The notes below the pieces were generated by a model. It was not told the DNA's origin and did no database searches. It was given only the letters and a program-made list of their open reading frames with translations. A stretch of DNA of 63,356 bases, filler included. It is 5 parts of 5 records of this genome, joined end to end, with 100 filler letters (N's around TTAATTAATTAA, not from the genome) between each part and the next. Parts side by side here need not be neighbours in the genome. Positions count along the whole stretch, not along the records: positions 25,556 to 41,988 come from SRR31156797_1998; positions 42,089 to 49,260 come from SRR31156797_2009; 3 more parts are not named here. The stretch is one strand, 5' to 3'. The position numbers and the translations under genes are program-made. Each line of letters opens with the position of its first letter. Positions within the stretch are counted from its first letter, which is position 1. Below are positions 39,203-49,360 of the stretch, piece by piece.

Positions 39203-40236
39203 AAATGAGGACATTTTATTCTTCCTATTTTTCTTCGTCTTCGTAAAGATTTTTCCATACAACTAGATCGACTTCTTTTGCTATTTTTAAATCTCATTAG
39301 AAATGAAATTTCGTGAGCTCCCGTATTGGTATGAATTAGTTTTGAAACTGTTTTGTCGTAACTGTATGCTACTTGCCACCAGTCTCTCATTATTCCCAAT
39401 TGTAGAATAATAGCATCATATTCAAGTTCTAAATTATCTCTGTACCACATACCATAAATCAACGATCCTTTCGAAATATAAAGTCCATAATTTAGCTGTT
39501 TATTGGTTGATTGCTGTTGATACAAAAAGTTAGGTGCAATGGAAAAATCCGATTGATGAAGTCCATTTCTAAAAACAGGTACATTTACACCGCAATGTAG
39601 AGTGTATTTTCTTGGAAGTTTAGAATAATCGCTTTCATCCTTATAGGATTCATCTGGTTCTGTTAAGTGATGTGCTGCAAACCCAATAAACCAATTTTTA
39701 TAGGATGCGATAATACCTGATGAAAAATCAAAATAATTCCTATTCAAATGATCTACTGCACTCTCTCCTGTAAACGGACTTATTAACCCATTAATATAGA
39801 ATTCATCCGTTTGATCGGGAAAAGTGAAATTAGCATCATTCAATTTACGTTGTATATAAGACAACTGAAAACCAGCTTTTATTGATAATTCTCGACTAAC
39901 CCTAAGCGTATAAGCATACATACCACTCACAGTAGTTGTGCTAATAGTTCCATCACCTTGCTCATCTTGCATTACTTGCAATCCAACACCACCATTTAAA
40001 ACATTCACATACTGATCATAGGCAACGCTATAAGTAACATATGCCGAACTAATTTCTGGCCACTGGTTTCTATAGTTCATAGATATTCTTGCATCGAAAT
40101 CGGAACCTGCAAAAGCAGGATTTAAATATACTTTATTAGCGTAGAACTGAGAAAATTCAACATCTTGAGCAAACAAAATCATTGATTTCATCACCAGTAC
40201 TAATACTACTAATATTTTTATTCCTTTTCTATCCAT
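39199..40236 (-). CDS. PorP/SprF-family T9SS outer-membrane protein
   Basis: [32 protein letters not shown]...GAHEIS. Confidence 0.92.
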   Translation of the reverse strand: MDRKGIKILVVLVLVMKSMILFAQDVEFSQFYANKVYLNPAFAGSDFDARISMNYRNQWPEISSAYVTYSVAYDQYVNVLNGGVGLQVMQDEQGDGTISTTTVSGMYAYTLRVSRELSIKAGFQLSYIQRKLNDANFTFPDQTDEFYINGLISPFTGESAVDHLNRNYFDFSSGIIASYKNWFIGFAAHHLTEPDESYKDESDYSKLPRKYTLHCGVNVPVFRNGLHQSDFSIAPNFLYQQQSTNKQLNYGLYISKGSLIYGMWYRDNLELEYDAIILQLGIMRDWWQVAYSYDKTVSKLIHTNTGAHEISFLMRFKNSKRSRSSCMEKSLRRRRKIGRIKCPHF

Positions 40237-41988
40237 TATCTAAACAATGTAACCGTTCCGTGATCACGCTCTTTTCCGCCGTAAAAAATAATCCAAACAT
40301 ATACTCCAATTGGTGATTCCATACCTTTATAAGTTCCGTTCCAACCTTCGTATTTAAGTTCATTATTGCTTACCATATCTCTTTTCAATTCAAAAACCTG
40401 CTCTCCCCATCTGGTATAAATATACATTTCGAAATCTGTCACAACTCCTTTAAAAACCGGATAAAATATCTCATTTGGTCCTTTTCCGTTTGGAGTAAAC
40501 ACATTAGGAACAACCATCTTAGGCTGTAATAATTTAACTGCAATTGCTGCTTGTGCAACACAACCATAATCATTCGTAACCTCGACTGAATACTCTCCTT
40601 CATCATCTACTTCAATACTTCTCCAGTCTGAACCTGTATTCCAGTAATATGAGACGTATCCTGAACCTGCATCCAATGTAATCGTTTGTCCTTTGTACAT
40701 ACTCAATGTATCTGATGCGATTTCCACCTCTGGTGATGGATAAACTTCAACATTTATTGTATCCACACCCATAATTCCATACACATCCCAAACTTGTACG
40801 GTATATTGTCCAGATTTGTTCACAATAATAGTTCGTGTTTCATCTCCGGTGCTCCACAAATACTTCTCCCAGTTACCAGCATCAAGCATTAATGATGTAC
40901 CTTCACATATACCAGCATTATCTCCTAAGTCAATTGTAGGTACTGGATTCACAGCAACTTTTACTTTCCCGTTACCTCTACATCCATTTACATCTACTAC
41001 AGTAACTGCATATTCTCCATCCTTCTCAACTTTTAAATATTGAGAATCTTCCTGATTACTCCATTCATATTCAACGTAACCACTACCAGCATCTAATATA
41101 ATGATGCTTCCTTCTCCAATTACGGTATCCTTACCTAAATAAACCTCGGGATTTTCATGTACAAAAATGTTTATATCATCTTTTCCTGTACATCCAAATT
41201 CATCTGTTGCGAACAGCTCAAAACTACCTTCTTCATATACATATATTGATCTGGTTGCTCCTCCTGGATTCCATTCAGTATAATATCCTTCTGGTGCTTC
41301 CAAAATTAATTCTTCACCTTCACAGATATATAAATCTGGACCTAAATCAACTATAGGTAAATCATGTACAACCACTTCAACAGAATCATAACCAATGCAA
41401 CCGTTGATATCATGAACTTCTACATGATACATTCCACCACTACTAACTTCTCTGGTTTGTGTTGTTACTCCATCACTCCATAAAAATCTTTCTCCATCAC
41501 CAATATCTAACTTAACTGATTCACCATAACACATATCTACTATCGAAGGCAATGGATTATTTGGTAAGTTTATAATCTCCACATCCACACTATCCGATGC
41601 AAAACAACCGTCACTATTAATGATTTCAAGAATATATATTCCCGATTCACCAGTTATGATTGAATGATTTGTTGCTCCATTAATATTTATTCCATCTTTT
41701 TTCCACTGATACGTGTAACCGGTTTGATTCGGTCCTTCGATGTATGTAGAATCTCCATGACACACTAAATTCGTCGAATACATTAATTCAAAATCAAAAT
41801 TCGGCAATTTGGTAAACTGAATAGTATCTGTATTCGAACATCCATTTGCGTCGGTTACCATAACTGAATAATTCCCACTCGAATTTACGGTTATGCTCTG
41901 AGTTGTTTCACCTGTACTCCATAAATAGCTTGATCCTGCATTTGCGGCATCCAAGGTGATTGTTCCGCCTGAACAGGTTTCCTGATCG
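40236..41988 (-). CDS. Repeat-rich T9SS cargo with type B (gliding motility) CTD, 5' truncated
   Basis: Tandem LDAG...Y.WS.G...V...G.Y.V.V.D..GC Ig-like repeats; VPNVFTPNG...IYTRWGEQVF...GTVTLFR. Confidence 0.92.
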
Positions 41989-42088
41989 NNNNNNNNNNNN
42001 NNNNNNNNNNNNNNNNNNNNNNNNNNNNNNNNTTAATTAATTAANNNNNNNNNNNNNNNNNNNNNNNNNNNNNNNNNNNNNNNNNNNN
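41989..42088. other. Artificial contig linker
   Basis: N-run with TTAATTAATTAA. Confidence 0.99.
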
Positions 42089-42431
42089 TATAGTCGATAA
42101 TTCGCTGCAGATCCACATCGATTGAAAACTGATTGAAGGCTGAAGGATCGCTGAAAGAACCGCCAGCGGTGTAGATCACGTCCGTGGATTTGGACTCGGA
42201 TAAAAAGGATAGATACGGCTCGATACGCGTCGCATCAAATGCAGGCTGTTTCGTATCTTTTCGATAGTCCAGCATATAATGAAGCGCAGAAATCACATCC
42301 GGTGGGAGACGATGGTTCTGGTTGGATGCCCATGAAGTGGTGGACATAAAAAAAACCATCAGTAGAGCGATGGTTACCAATGTTTTTTTAACCGATTTGG
42401 GATCGGTCATCACAAGACTACCCATTTTCAA
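42089..42431 (-). CDS. Exported hypothetical protein (3' truncated)
   Basis: Signal-peptide-like segment ending SWA; ORF runs into the linker. Confidence 0.6.
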
Positions 42432-42539
42432 ACAATTAAACCGAAAGCTTTGATAAATTTATTAAAGATGATACAATCTGAGAACCATTCCTAATATAAA
42501 TCTACCCAAATTACCAGAAAAAAATGATGCCCACTCCCG

Positions 42540-43121
42540 TCAGGCAGGCACCGACCATTTGACCGGAAAGTCATAAGTTGTCAATGCAGCAACATGGTTG
42601 TTGAACCAGTGGTGCTCTATGACCCAGCAGGTTCCGTCAACCGCCAATACCAAGCGTTTGTCGTCATCGACCCTTTCAATCTTGCAACGGGACAGCCCTG
42701 CAATTCCTTGTCCTACCGCTTTAAGGGCTGCCTCTTTAGCCGTCCACAATCGGAAAAAATTCTTCAGACTCCCCTTTCCTATCAACGCCCACTCATTGTC
42801 GTCCGCTACCTTGTTCATCATCTGGTGGTGCACAGGCCGAATGACTTCCAGGTCAAAACCCACCGGCAACGGTGCTGCCACGGCGCCGACCACCTCAGAC
42901 TTATGGCTCAACGACCAATGGACACCCTTGACCGGCACGGGTACACCCTTTCCGTCTTTTGGCAGGGTATCCAAACGGTAACCGCTGATTTGGCATGAGC
43001 GGACAAGTGCAACCCGGGCCAGGCGGCTCAGGTTCCGCACCTTAGTTCTACCGCCCAGTGATCGATCAGGTTCGGGCACCCATGAAACAACAGGTTTGAG
43101 AATTATCTGTAAAGGGCTCAA
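42540..43121 (-). CDS. 4'-phosphopantetheinyl transferase family protein
   Basis: WSLSHK, VGFDLE, FFRLWTAKEAALKAVG. Confidence 0.9.
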   Translation of the reverse strand: MSPLQIILKPVVSWVPEPDRSLGGRTKVRNLSRLARVALVRSCQISGYRLDTLPKDGKGVPVPVKGVHWSLSHKSEVVGAVAAPLPVGFDLEVIRPVHHQMMNKVADDNEWALIGKGSLKNFFRLWTAKEAALKAVGQGIAGLSRCKIERVDDDKRLVLAVDGTCWVIEHHWFNNHVAALTTYDFPVKWSVPA

Positions 43122-44017
43122 GGTTCCAGCTCAACTGAGGCCTTACGATCCATCTTCAACGCCATTTCGTAGACCTTTTTCCGGGAAACGCCTAATCTTT
43201 TGGCCAACGCCTTTGAAAGGCGGGAGATATGAACATCGGGCCGGGACAATTCCAAACGAAGGATATCCACCAAATCTTCTTCGGAAACAGGGGCTGTTTC
43301 AGCAGCACCACCGATCAAAAGGGTGCACTCCCCTTTGATCTGCTGTCTGCTATTTAGTATCGGCAGCACCTCGGAAATCCTGCCGCGAACGAACTCCTCA
43401 TGAATCTTGGTCATCTCCCTGGCCAAGACGAGGATCCGATCTCCCATAATCTGAAGGATTTCTTCCAACAGGCGCTGTACACGCCGCGGAGATTCATAAA
43501 AGACCAGGGTTCTCGCCTCGGTCGTCAGCGAACGGAGGAAATCCAATCGCTTGCCTGCTTTTTTAGGTGCAAATCCGATAAAAATGAATGTATCCATGGG
43601 AAATCCCGAGGCAGACAGCGCGGAGATTGCTGCCGAAACACCTGGAATGGGAACAACATCCAGACCGTTTTCCACTGCGGACCGAATTAACCGAAAGCCG
43701 GGATCGGAAACGGATGGTGTTCCGGCATCGGACACCAGGGCAATGGAACCCCCGGATTGAATCTTTTCAATCAAATCCGGTGTACGTTGCCGCTCATTGT
43801 GTTCATGGCATGAAATCAAAGGTGTACGGATCTCGTAGTGAGAAAGAAGGCGGACAGTGTGGCGAGTATCTTCCGCAGCGATAAGATCAACAGCATCCAG
43901 CGTTTCTATGGCCCTAAAGGTAATGTCCTTCAAGTTACCGATGGGTGTCGCAACGACATAAAGACCGCTTGGGCACGTGATTTTGTTCCGATCATTCGTA
44001 AGCAAGGGTAAACGCAT
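43118..44017 (-). CDS. rsmI: 16S rRNA C1402 2'-O-methyltransferase
   Basis: LYVVATPIGNLKDIT, AEDTR, VSDAGTPSVSDPG, AREMTKIHEE. Confidence 0.96.
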   Translation of the reverse strand: MRLPLLTNDRNKITCPSGLYVVATPIGNLKDITFRAIETLDAVDLIAAEDTRHTVRLLSHYEIRTPLISCHEHNERQRTPDLIEKIQSGGSIALVSDAGTPSVSDPGFRLIRSAVENGLDVVPIPGVSAAISALSASGFPMDTFIFIGFAPKKAGKRLDFLRSLTTEARTLVFYESPRRVQRLLEEILQIMGDRILVLAREMTKIHEEFVRGRISEVLPILNSRQQIKGECTLLIGGAAETAPVSEEDLVDILRLELSRPDVHISRLSKALAKRLGVSRKKVYEMALKMDRKASVELEP

Positions 44018-44363
44018 TTTTTACCACCTCGATGTCGGTTTTGCCCCCGGCGGTATCAATGGCCACAACATCGAACCGGGCTCTGGCATTCATCTGACCC
44101 GTCTTTTTTAAATAGTCCAACGCCGCCATGGATATTTTGCGTTGTTTGGCAGGTGTCACCGCCCCTTTCGGGCTTCCGAACCGACTGGAGGACCTCGCTT
44201 TCACTTCAACGAAAACAAGGACCCCCTTCTCCTTGGCGATGATATCGATTTCACCAAGTGTTGACCGATAGTTGGTTTCAATAATCCGATACCCTCGTCT
44301 GCTGAGGAACTCCACAGCAAACTTTTCACTCTTTTTCCCGAATTTTTGCTGCCGGTTCAGCAT
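43992..44363 (-). CDS. yraN: YraN (UPF0102) endonuclease-like protein
   Basis: GEIDII...LVFVEVKAR...ARFDVVAI. Confidence 0.93.
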   Translation of the reverse strand: MLNRQQKFGKKSEKFAVEFLSRRGYRIIETNYRSTLGEIDIIAKEKGVLVFVEVKARSSSRFGSPKGAVTPAKQRKISMAALDYLKKTGQMNARARFDVVAIDTAGGKTDIEVVKNAFTLAYE

Positions 44364-44422
44364 AGTGCGTATAGGCTTAGGAATGGACGATACACCATCA
44401 ACCGTTTTCGATTCGCCACATG

Positions 44423-45046
44423 CTAATTGCGATCAATGCAGTTGTATTCCCGAACACCTTTAAAGGTCTTGCGATGAATCGAAGTGCATCCGAATTTAGC
44501 AATGGCTGCTTTGTGACTCTTTGTTGGATATCCTTTGTGGCTGCCGAATCCGAACTCGGGGAAAAGGGTATCTATCTGGGCCATTATGCGGTCCCGGGTG
44601 ACCTTGGCCACGATGGATGCCGCGGCAATGGAAACACTTCTTGCATCCCCTTTTTTAATTGCCTGCTGGGAATGATCCGATGCGATGGTGAAAATACCGT
44701 CGATGAGCAGATAGTCAGGGTTGGGACAAAGATTGGCAACCGCCATCTTCATGGACCGCAAAGTGGCCTGTAAAATATTGACACGATCGATTTCAGCCAC
44801 ATCCACGACCCCGATTCCTATGGACTGGGCCACTGAATAGATACGTACGTAAAGGCGATTTCTCCGGGCGGGTGTCAGCTTTTTCGAATCGTCGATCCCA
44901 GGAAGGTCGGCCCCTTCAGGCAAAATTACCGCAGCGGAGACAACTGGGCCGGCCAGGGGACCCCGGCCGACCTCATCAATTCCTGCGACGGTTTGGTAAC
45001 CATTATTTCGGGCTTTTCTTTCAAATGCCCAGAGGTCTTTTTCCAT
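44423..45046 (-). CDS. rnhB: Ribonuclease HII
   Basis: AGIDEVGRGPLAGPV, DSKKL, IAAASIVAKVTRD, HKGYPT. Confidence 0.97.
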   Translation of the reverse strand: MEKDLWAFERKARNNGYQTVAGIDEVGRGPLAGPVVSAAVILPEGADLPGIDDSKKLTPARRNRLYVRIYSVAQSIGIGVVDVAEIDRVNILQATLRSMKMAVANLCPNPDYLLIDGIFTIASDHSQQAIKKGDARSVSIAAASIVAKVTRDRIMAQIDTLFPEFGFGSHKGYPTKSHKAAIAKFGCTSIHRKTFKGVREYNCIDRN

Positions 45047-45055
45047 TCGATTCGT

Positions 45056-45403
45056 TTAGTTGAATCTCTTTTCCCTGATCCTCGCGGCCTTACCGCGCAG
45101 TTTCCGCAGATAGTAAATTTTTGCCCGACGTACGCGACCGCGGGTAACCACCTCAACCCGGTCAATGGAGGGAGAGTTGGCAAGAAAGACCCTTTCTACG
45201 CCGACACCGTAAGAAACCTTACGGACGGTAAAACTGGCGTTGGCCAAACCGTTTTTCTTGCTGATGACGACACCCTGAAATGCCTGGATACGCTCTTTGT
45301 TGCCTTCGCGAATCTTCACATAAACGATGATGGTATCTCCGGGTGCAAAATCAGGCAGATCCATACGAATCTGCTCTCTTTCAATGTTTTTAATCAATTC
45401 CAT
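45056..45403 (-). CDS. rplS: 50S ribosomal protein L19
   Basis: PGDT...ERIQAFQG...[16 protein letters not shown]...[10 protein letters not shown]. Confidence 0.98.
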   Translation of the reverse strand: MELIKNIEREQIRMDLPDFAPGDTIIVYVKIREGNKERIQAFQGVVISKKNGLANASFTVRKVSYGVGVERVFLANSPSIDRVEVVTRGRVRRAKIYYLRKLRGKAARIREKRFN

Positions 45404-45495
45404 GACAACTCCCAATTCATTCGTTTTCTTATCGTTAGTAAAATATCGTTGTTCTTTTGTACCGGCAGGTGCCGCCAGTTAATGTACTTTGTTCC

Positions 45496-46074
45496 CTACT
45501 TTCCGACCAGCCGATCCAGCGTAATGGAAACGGCGGAACGGACGGACAGATGGTTATAGGATCCAACCCCTTCAATCGGTGCCAATCTAAAATCCGCCTC
45601 AGCCATAAACGATTCCGTAAGCCCCCATGCAGTACCGAAAACAAGGAAAAGCGGTCTCTCCTTGGTCTGCATTTTTCTCAACTGATGGTGAGAAACGCTT
45701 CCTTCACATTGCCTGGCAGAGGTAACCACCGTCATCGGGGCACAGGTCTCTTCCCGTGCGATTTCGTCAACGGCGCTTTTGAAATCGGACTTCAATCGAA
45801 TGCGCTCAAGCGCCTCTCGCCGTTTCGGGTTATAGACACCCCCCGCACCATCGGTCCAGTGGGTGACAATGCGGTTGGTCAGCTTCATCTGGTCCTTCAG
45901 CGGGGTGATGATATAATACCGCTTCACCCCGTAAGTTCTGCACGCCCTGGCAATATCGTGCAAATCCAGATTGGTCACCGCAGAGGCTATGGTCTCTCCA
46001 TTTTTATCCGTCACCGGATAGTGCACCAAAGCGACGTATAAACGATTATCCGATGATGCTGTCAAGCTCTTCAC
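45496..46074 (-). CDS. SPOUT-class RNA methyltransferase (TrmD-associated family)
   Basis: LVHYPV...AVTNLDLHDIAR, FGTAWGL, YNHLSVRSAVSITLDRL. Confidence 0.88.
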   Translation of the reverse strand: MKSLTASSDNRLYVALVHYPVTDKNGETIASAVTNLDLHDIARACRTYGVKRYYIITPLKDQMKLTNRIVTHWTDGAGGVYNPKRREALERIRLKSDFKSAVDEIAREETCAPMTVVTSARQCEGSVSHHQLRKMQTKERPLFLVFGTAWGLTESFMAEADFRLAPIEGVGSYNHLSVRSAVSITLDRLVGK

Positions 46075-46792
46075 GCCACTTTGTCAAGAGTTCCCGCTCT
46101 TTTTCCGTAAGGTCCCGGTCGAGCAACAGATCCGGCCTTTTTAAAAACGTCCGGATCAATGCTGTTTCCCGCCGCCACCGTTCAATTTTTCGATGGTTGC
46201 CGGACAACAGCACGTCGGGTACCGATGAGTGTTCAAAAACCGGTGGACGCGTGAAATGGGCGTATTCCACAAGACCATCACTGAACGTGTCATCACCGGC
46301 CGATCCCTGGTTACCCAGTACATCCGGCAACAACCTCACCACCGCATCAATCACCACCATCGCCCCCAACTCGCCACCGGTGAGCACAAAATCTCCAATG
46401 GAGACCTCTCCGTCGACGTACTGGTCGATAAAGCGTTCATCAACCCCTTCGTAACGGCCACAAACCAAAATCAATCCTTTTTCGGTGGCCAGCGATTCGG
46501 CCAAAGGTTGATCCAACCGCTTTCCCTGGGGAGAGAGAAGGAGAGTGACCGACTCCGGAGCCCTCTTTTTTGCGGCTTTCAAGGCAGTCGCCAAAGGCTC
46601 CGGCTTCATCACCATCCCGCAACCGCCGCCATAGGGCCTGTCGTCAGTGACCCGGTGCCGTCCCAGTGCATAATCACGGATCTGAAGGGTCGACGGCACA
46701 ATTTTTTCCCCCTGCACCGCCCGCCGAATAATTCCATGTGCCCAAAACGGTTCAAAGAGTTCAGGGAAAAGTGTCAATACGCAAAGCTTCAT
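46046..46792 (-). CDS. trmD: tRNA (guanine37-N1)-methyltransferase
   Basis: DDRPYGGGCGMV, LSPQG, CGRYEGVDER, SIGDFVLTGGE. Confidence 0.97.
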   Translation of the reverse strand: MKLCVLTLFPELFEPFWAHGIIRRAVQGEKIVPSTLQIRDYALGRHRVTDDRPYGGGCGMVMKPEPLATALKAAKKRAPESVTLLLSPQGKRLDQPLAESLATEKGLILVCGRYEGVDERFIDQYVDGEVSIGDFVLTGGELGAMVVIDAVVRLLPDVLGNQGSAGDDTFSDGLVEYAHFTRPPVFEHSSVPDVLLSGNHRKIERWRRETALIRTFLKRPDLLLDRDLTEKERELLTKWREELDSIIG

Positions 46793-46804
46793 CTATCCAA
46801 CGCC

Positions 46805-47347
46805 CTACAACCCTTCCGGAGGTTCCACGACCATAACTTTCTTCTCAAGATCGACGTTTAAAACCACACTGCCAATGGCGGGCAGCAGCAGTTCTTCGTT
46901 TTTTCCGGCTTTGCCTTTCCTTACCACGTAAACGTCATTTCCCGGTGTTGGAATCACTGCTTCAAGGACACCAAGGATGCAGCCAGATCGATCCATCACC
47001 TTTAGCCCCATAAGATCGGTCCAATAGTAGGTATCCTCTTCGAGCGGTGGCAGTTTTGACGTTTCGATGTAAAGCGAAGAACCGGCCAGGTCCTCCGCCT
47101 GACCACGGTCGCCAATGGCTTCGAAAGCCATCAAGAGACCTCGGCCATGTGGCTTCACCGATGTGATCGTTTTCTCAAGGATCGTTCCGCCAGGCACCTC
47201 GATCCGGATTTTTTTTCCAGTTTGGTAAAGAGCAATGGACTCGGCAAAGGAGTGAACCCTCACCCCTCCCCGAATGCCGTGAGCACCGGTTATCTTTCCC
47301 ACAAGGACGAAATCGTCCGACCCGGTAAGCTTACTCAACGATTTCAA
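46805..47347 (-). CDS. rimM: Ribosome maturation factor RimM (start uncertain)
   Basis: [31 protein letters not shown]; operon position. Confidence 0.95.
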   Translation of the reverse strand: MKSLSKLTGSDDFVLVGKITGAHGIRGGVRVHSFAESIALYQTGKKIRIEVPGGTILEKTITSVKPHGRGLLMAFEAIGDRGQAEDLAGSSLYIETSKLPPLEEDTYYWTDLMGLKVMDRSGCILGVLEAVIPTPGNDVYVVRKGKAGKNEELLLPAIGSVVLNVDLEKKVMVVEPPEGL

Positions 47348-47561
47348 GGACCATTCTTTTTTTTATCTTTGCGGAAGCGGCACTCAACAGCGTTCGCATG
47401 GCCCGTGCCGTCCGCCCTTGTTTTCCGATCACCTTGCCCAGATCCTCTTTTGCCACTTTCAATTCAAGGACGGATGTCTGGTTCCCTTCAATCTCTTCTA
47501 CGGAGACCTGCTCGGGAGAATCGACCAACTCCTGCGCAATGAACTCGATCAGTTCCTTCAT
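47331..47561 (-). CDS. khpA: KH-domain RNA-binding protein
   Basis: [17 protein letters not shown]. Confidence 0.93.
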   Translation of the reverse strand: MKELIEFIAQELVDSPEQVSVEEIEGNQTSVLELKVAKEDLGKVIGKQGRTARAMRTLLSAASAKIKKRMVLEIVE

Positions 47562-47608
47562 AGCTCCATCTCCTTTGACGCAGTTGAGGTTCGGGTGGGG
47601 GCAATCCG

Positions 47609-47869
47609 TTATTCCGCGTCTGCTGTTCCAAATACCCCTTCGCGTTTCAAAATGGACCGCACGGTATCGGTAGGTTTGGCTCCCTGGCCGATCCAGTAAT
47701 TAACGCGATCCGTATCGAGATCCACCTTTGCAGGATCTTGCAAAGGGTTGTAAGTACCCAATTTTTCGATAAAACGACCGTCCCGAGGACTTTCGGTATC
47801 TGCTGCAACGATCCGGTAGAAGGGCCTTTTTTTTGCCCCATGCCGGGCCAGTCTGATCTTTACTGCCAT
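47609..47869 (-). CDS. rpsP: 30S ribosomal protein S16
   Basis: [21 protein letters not shown]...PRDGRFIE. Confidence 0.98.
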   Translation of the reverse strand: MAVKIRLARHGAKKRPFYRIVAADTESPRDGRFIEKLGTYNPLQDPAKVDLDTDRVNYWIGQGAKPTDTVRSILKREGVFGTADAE

Positions 47870-47881
47870 GTTGTTTCTCCT

Positions 47882-49213
47882 TTAAAAGGGCAGCATGCCG
47901 CGTCCTAATCCGCGCATGCCGCTTTTATTGATTTTTTTCATCATCTTCATTACCTGTGCATAGTTTTTCAGCAGGCGGTTTACATCCTGGACTCGGGTTC
48001 CGCTTCCTGCTGCAATGCGCTTACGGCGACTGCCGTTGATAATCGTGTATTTGCTTCGCTCCTGGACTGTCATGGAATTGATGATGGCCTCGATATGAAC
48101 CAACTCCTTTTCGTCCACCTGGAGATTTTTCATCTGTTTCATTTTTCCCATTCCGGGAATCATGCCCAGAATGTCCGTTAATGATCCCATTTTCCTAATC
48201 TGTCGCATCTGATCACGGAAATCTTCAAGGGTGAACTGGTTTTTACGCAGCTTCCTTTCAAGCTCTACCGCTTTTTTTTCGTCCACCACCTCCTGAGCCT
48301 TCTCGATCATGGTGAGAACGTCACCCATGCCAAGAATGCGCGAGGCCATCCGATCCGGATGGAATGCTTCCAGTTCACTCAGTTTTTCACCCACACCGAT
48401 AAACTTGATGGGTTTACCGGTAATGGATCGAATGGAAAGGGCCGCACCGCCCCTGGCATCACCATCCATTTTGGTAAGTACGACACCGCCAACGTCTAAA
48501 CGCTCATCAAAGGATTTGGCGATATTCACCGCATCCTGACCGGTCATGGCATCGGCCACCAACAGAATATCCGTTGGGTTCACCGCGGATCGAATTCGGG
48601 ACAATTCCTCCATCAACTCGTCATCCACATGAAGCCGACCGGCAGTATCCAACAAAAGGGTATCGCAACCCGCCTTCTGGGCCGCGAGGCGTGCATCACG
48701 ACAAATCGTCACCGGGTCCATCTCCGGAGACGAATCAAAAACCGGAACCCCCAACTGCCCGCCCAGGGTTTTCAACTGTTCGATGGCAGCGGGTCGATAT
48801 ACGTCTGCAGGTACCAGGTAGGGTTGTTTGCCGGTCTTTCTGAGCATCACCGACAGTTTTCCAGCCGTGGTTGTTTTACCTGAACCCTGGAGGCCAACCA
48901 GCATGACCGAAACCGGTTTCTCACCGGAAAGACTCAACCCTTCATGCGTTTCGCCCATCAGGGCGGTCAACGATTCGTTGACGATCTTCACCACCTGCTG
49001 TCCGGGTGTCAGACTGTTCATTACCTCTTGTCCGAGAGCCCGCTTTTTGATATCTGCAACCAGTTTTTTGACAACTTGGTAGTGGACGTCGGCTTCCAAC
49101 AGAGCCATGCGAACCGCTCGCATGCCATCGGCAATATTTTTTTCAGACAGTTTGCCCTGTCCTTTTAGCTGCTTAAAGACCGAATTCAGCTTGTCACTCA
49201 GTGTGTCAAACAT
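47882..49213 (-). CDS. ffh: Signal recognition particle protein
   Basis: GLQGSGKTTT, DTAGR, TKMDGDARGG, Met-rich M domain. Confidence 0.98.
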   Translation of the reverse strand: MFDTLSDKLNSVFKQLKGQGKLSEKNIADGMRAVRMALLEADVHYQVVKKLVADIKKRALGQEVMNSLTPGQQVVKIVNESLTALMGETHEGLSLSGEKPVSVMLVGLQGSGKTTTAGKLSVMLRKTGKQPYLVPADVYRPAAIEQLKTLGGQLGVPVFDSSPEMDPVTICRDARLAAQKAGCDTLLLDTAGRLHVDDELMEELSRIRSAVNPTDILLVADAMTGQDAVNIAKSFDERLDVGGVVLTKMDGDARGGAALSIRSITGKPIKFIGVGEKLSELEAFHPDRMASRILGMGDVLTMIEKAQEVVDEKKAVELERKLRKNQFTLEDFRDQMRQIRKMGSLTDILGMIPGMGKMKQMKNLQVDEKELVHIEAIINSMTVQERSKYTIINGSRRKRIAAGSGTRVQDVNRLLKNYAQVMKMMKKINKSGMRGLGRGMLPF

Positions 49214-49260
49214 ACTCTTTCACCGCTTTATAAACTAAAACCTTGAAAGTAGATTTTTTT

Positions 49261-49360
49261 NNNNNNNNNNNNNNNNNNNNNNNNNNNNNNNNNNNNNNNN
49301 NNNNTTAATTAATTAANNNNNNNNNNNNNNNNNNNNNNNNNNNNNNNNNNNNNNNNNNNN
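49261..49360. other. Artificial contig linker
   Basis: N-run with TTAATTAATTAA. Confidence 0.99.

Noticed and set aside
40236-41988. Tandem sequence repeats
   Set aside because: Explained by ordinary Ig-like protein repeats of a T9SS cargo next to its PorP partner.
45496-46792. trmD overlapping a second SPOUT methyltransferase as a possible frameshifted fusion
   Set aside because: Both ORFs are complete with plausible starts, and this pairing is a familiar arrangement in anaerobes.
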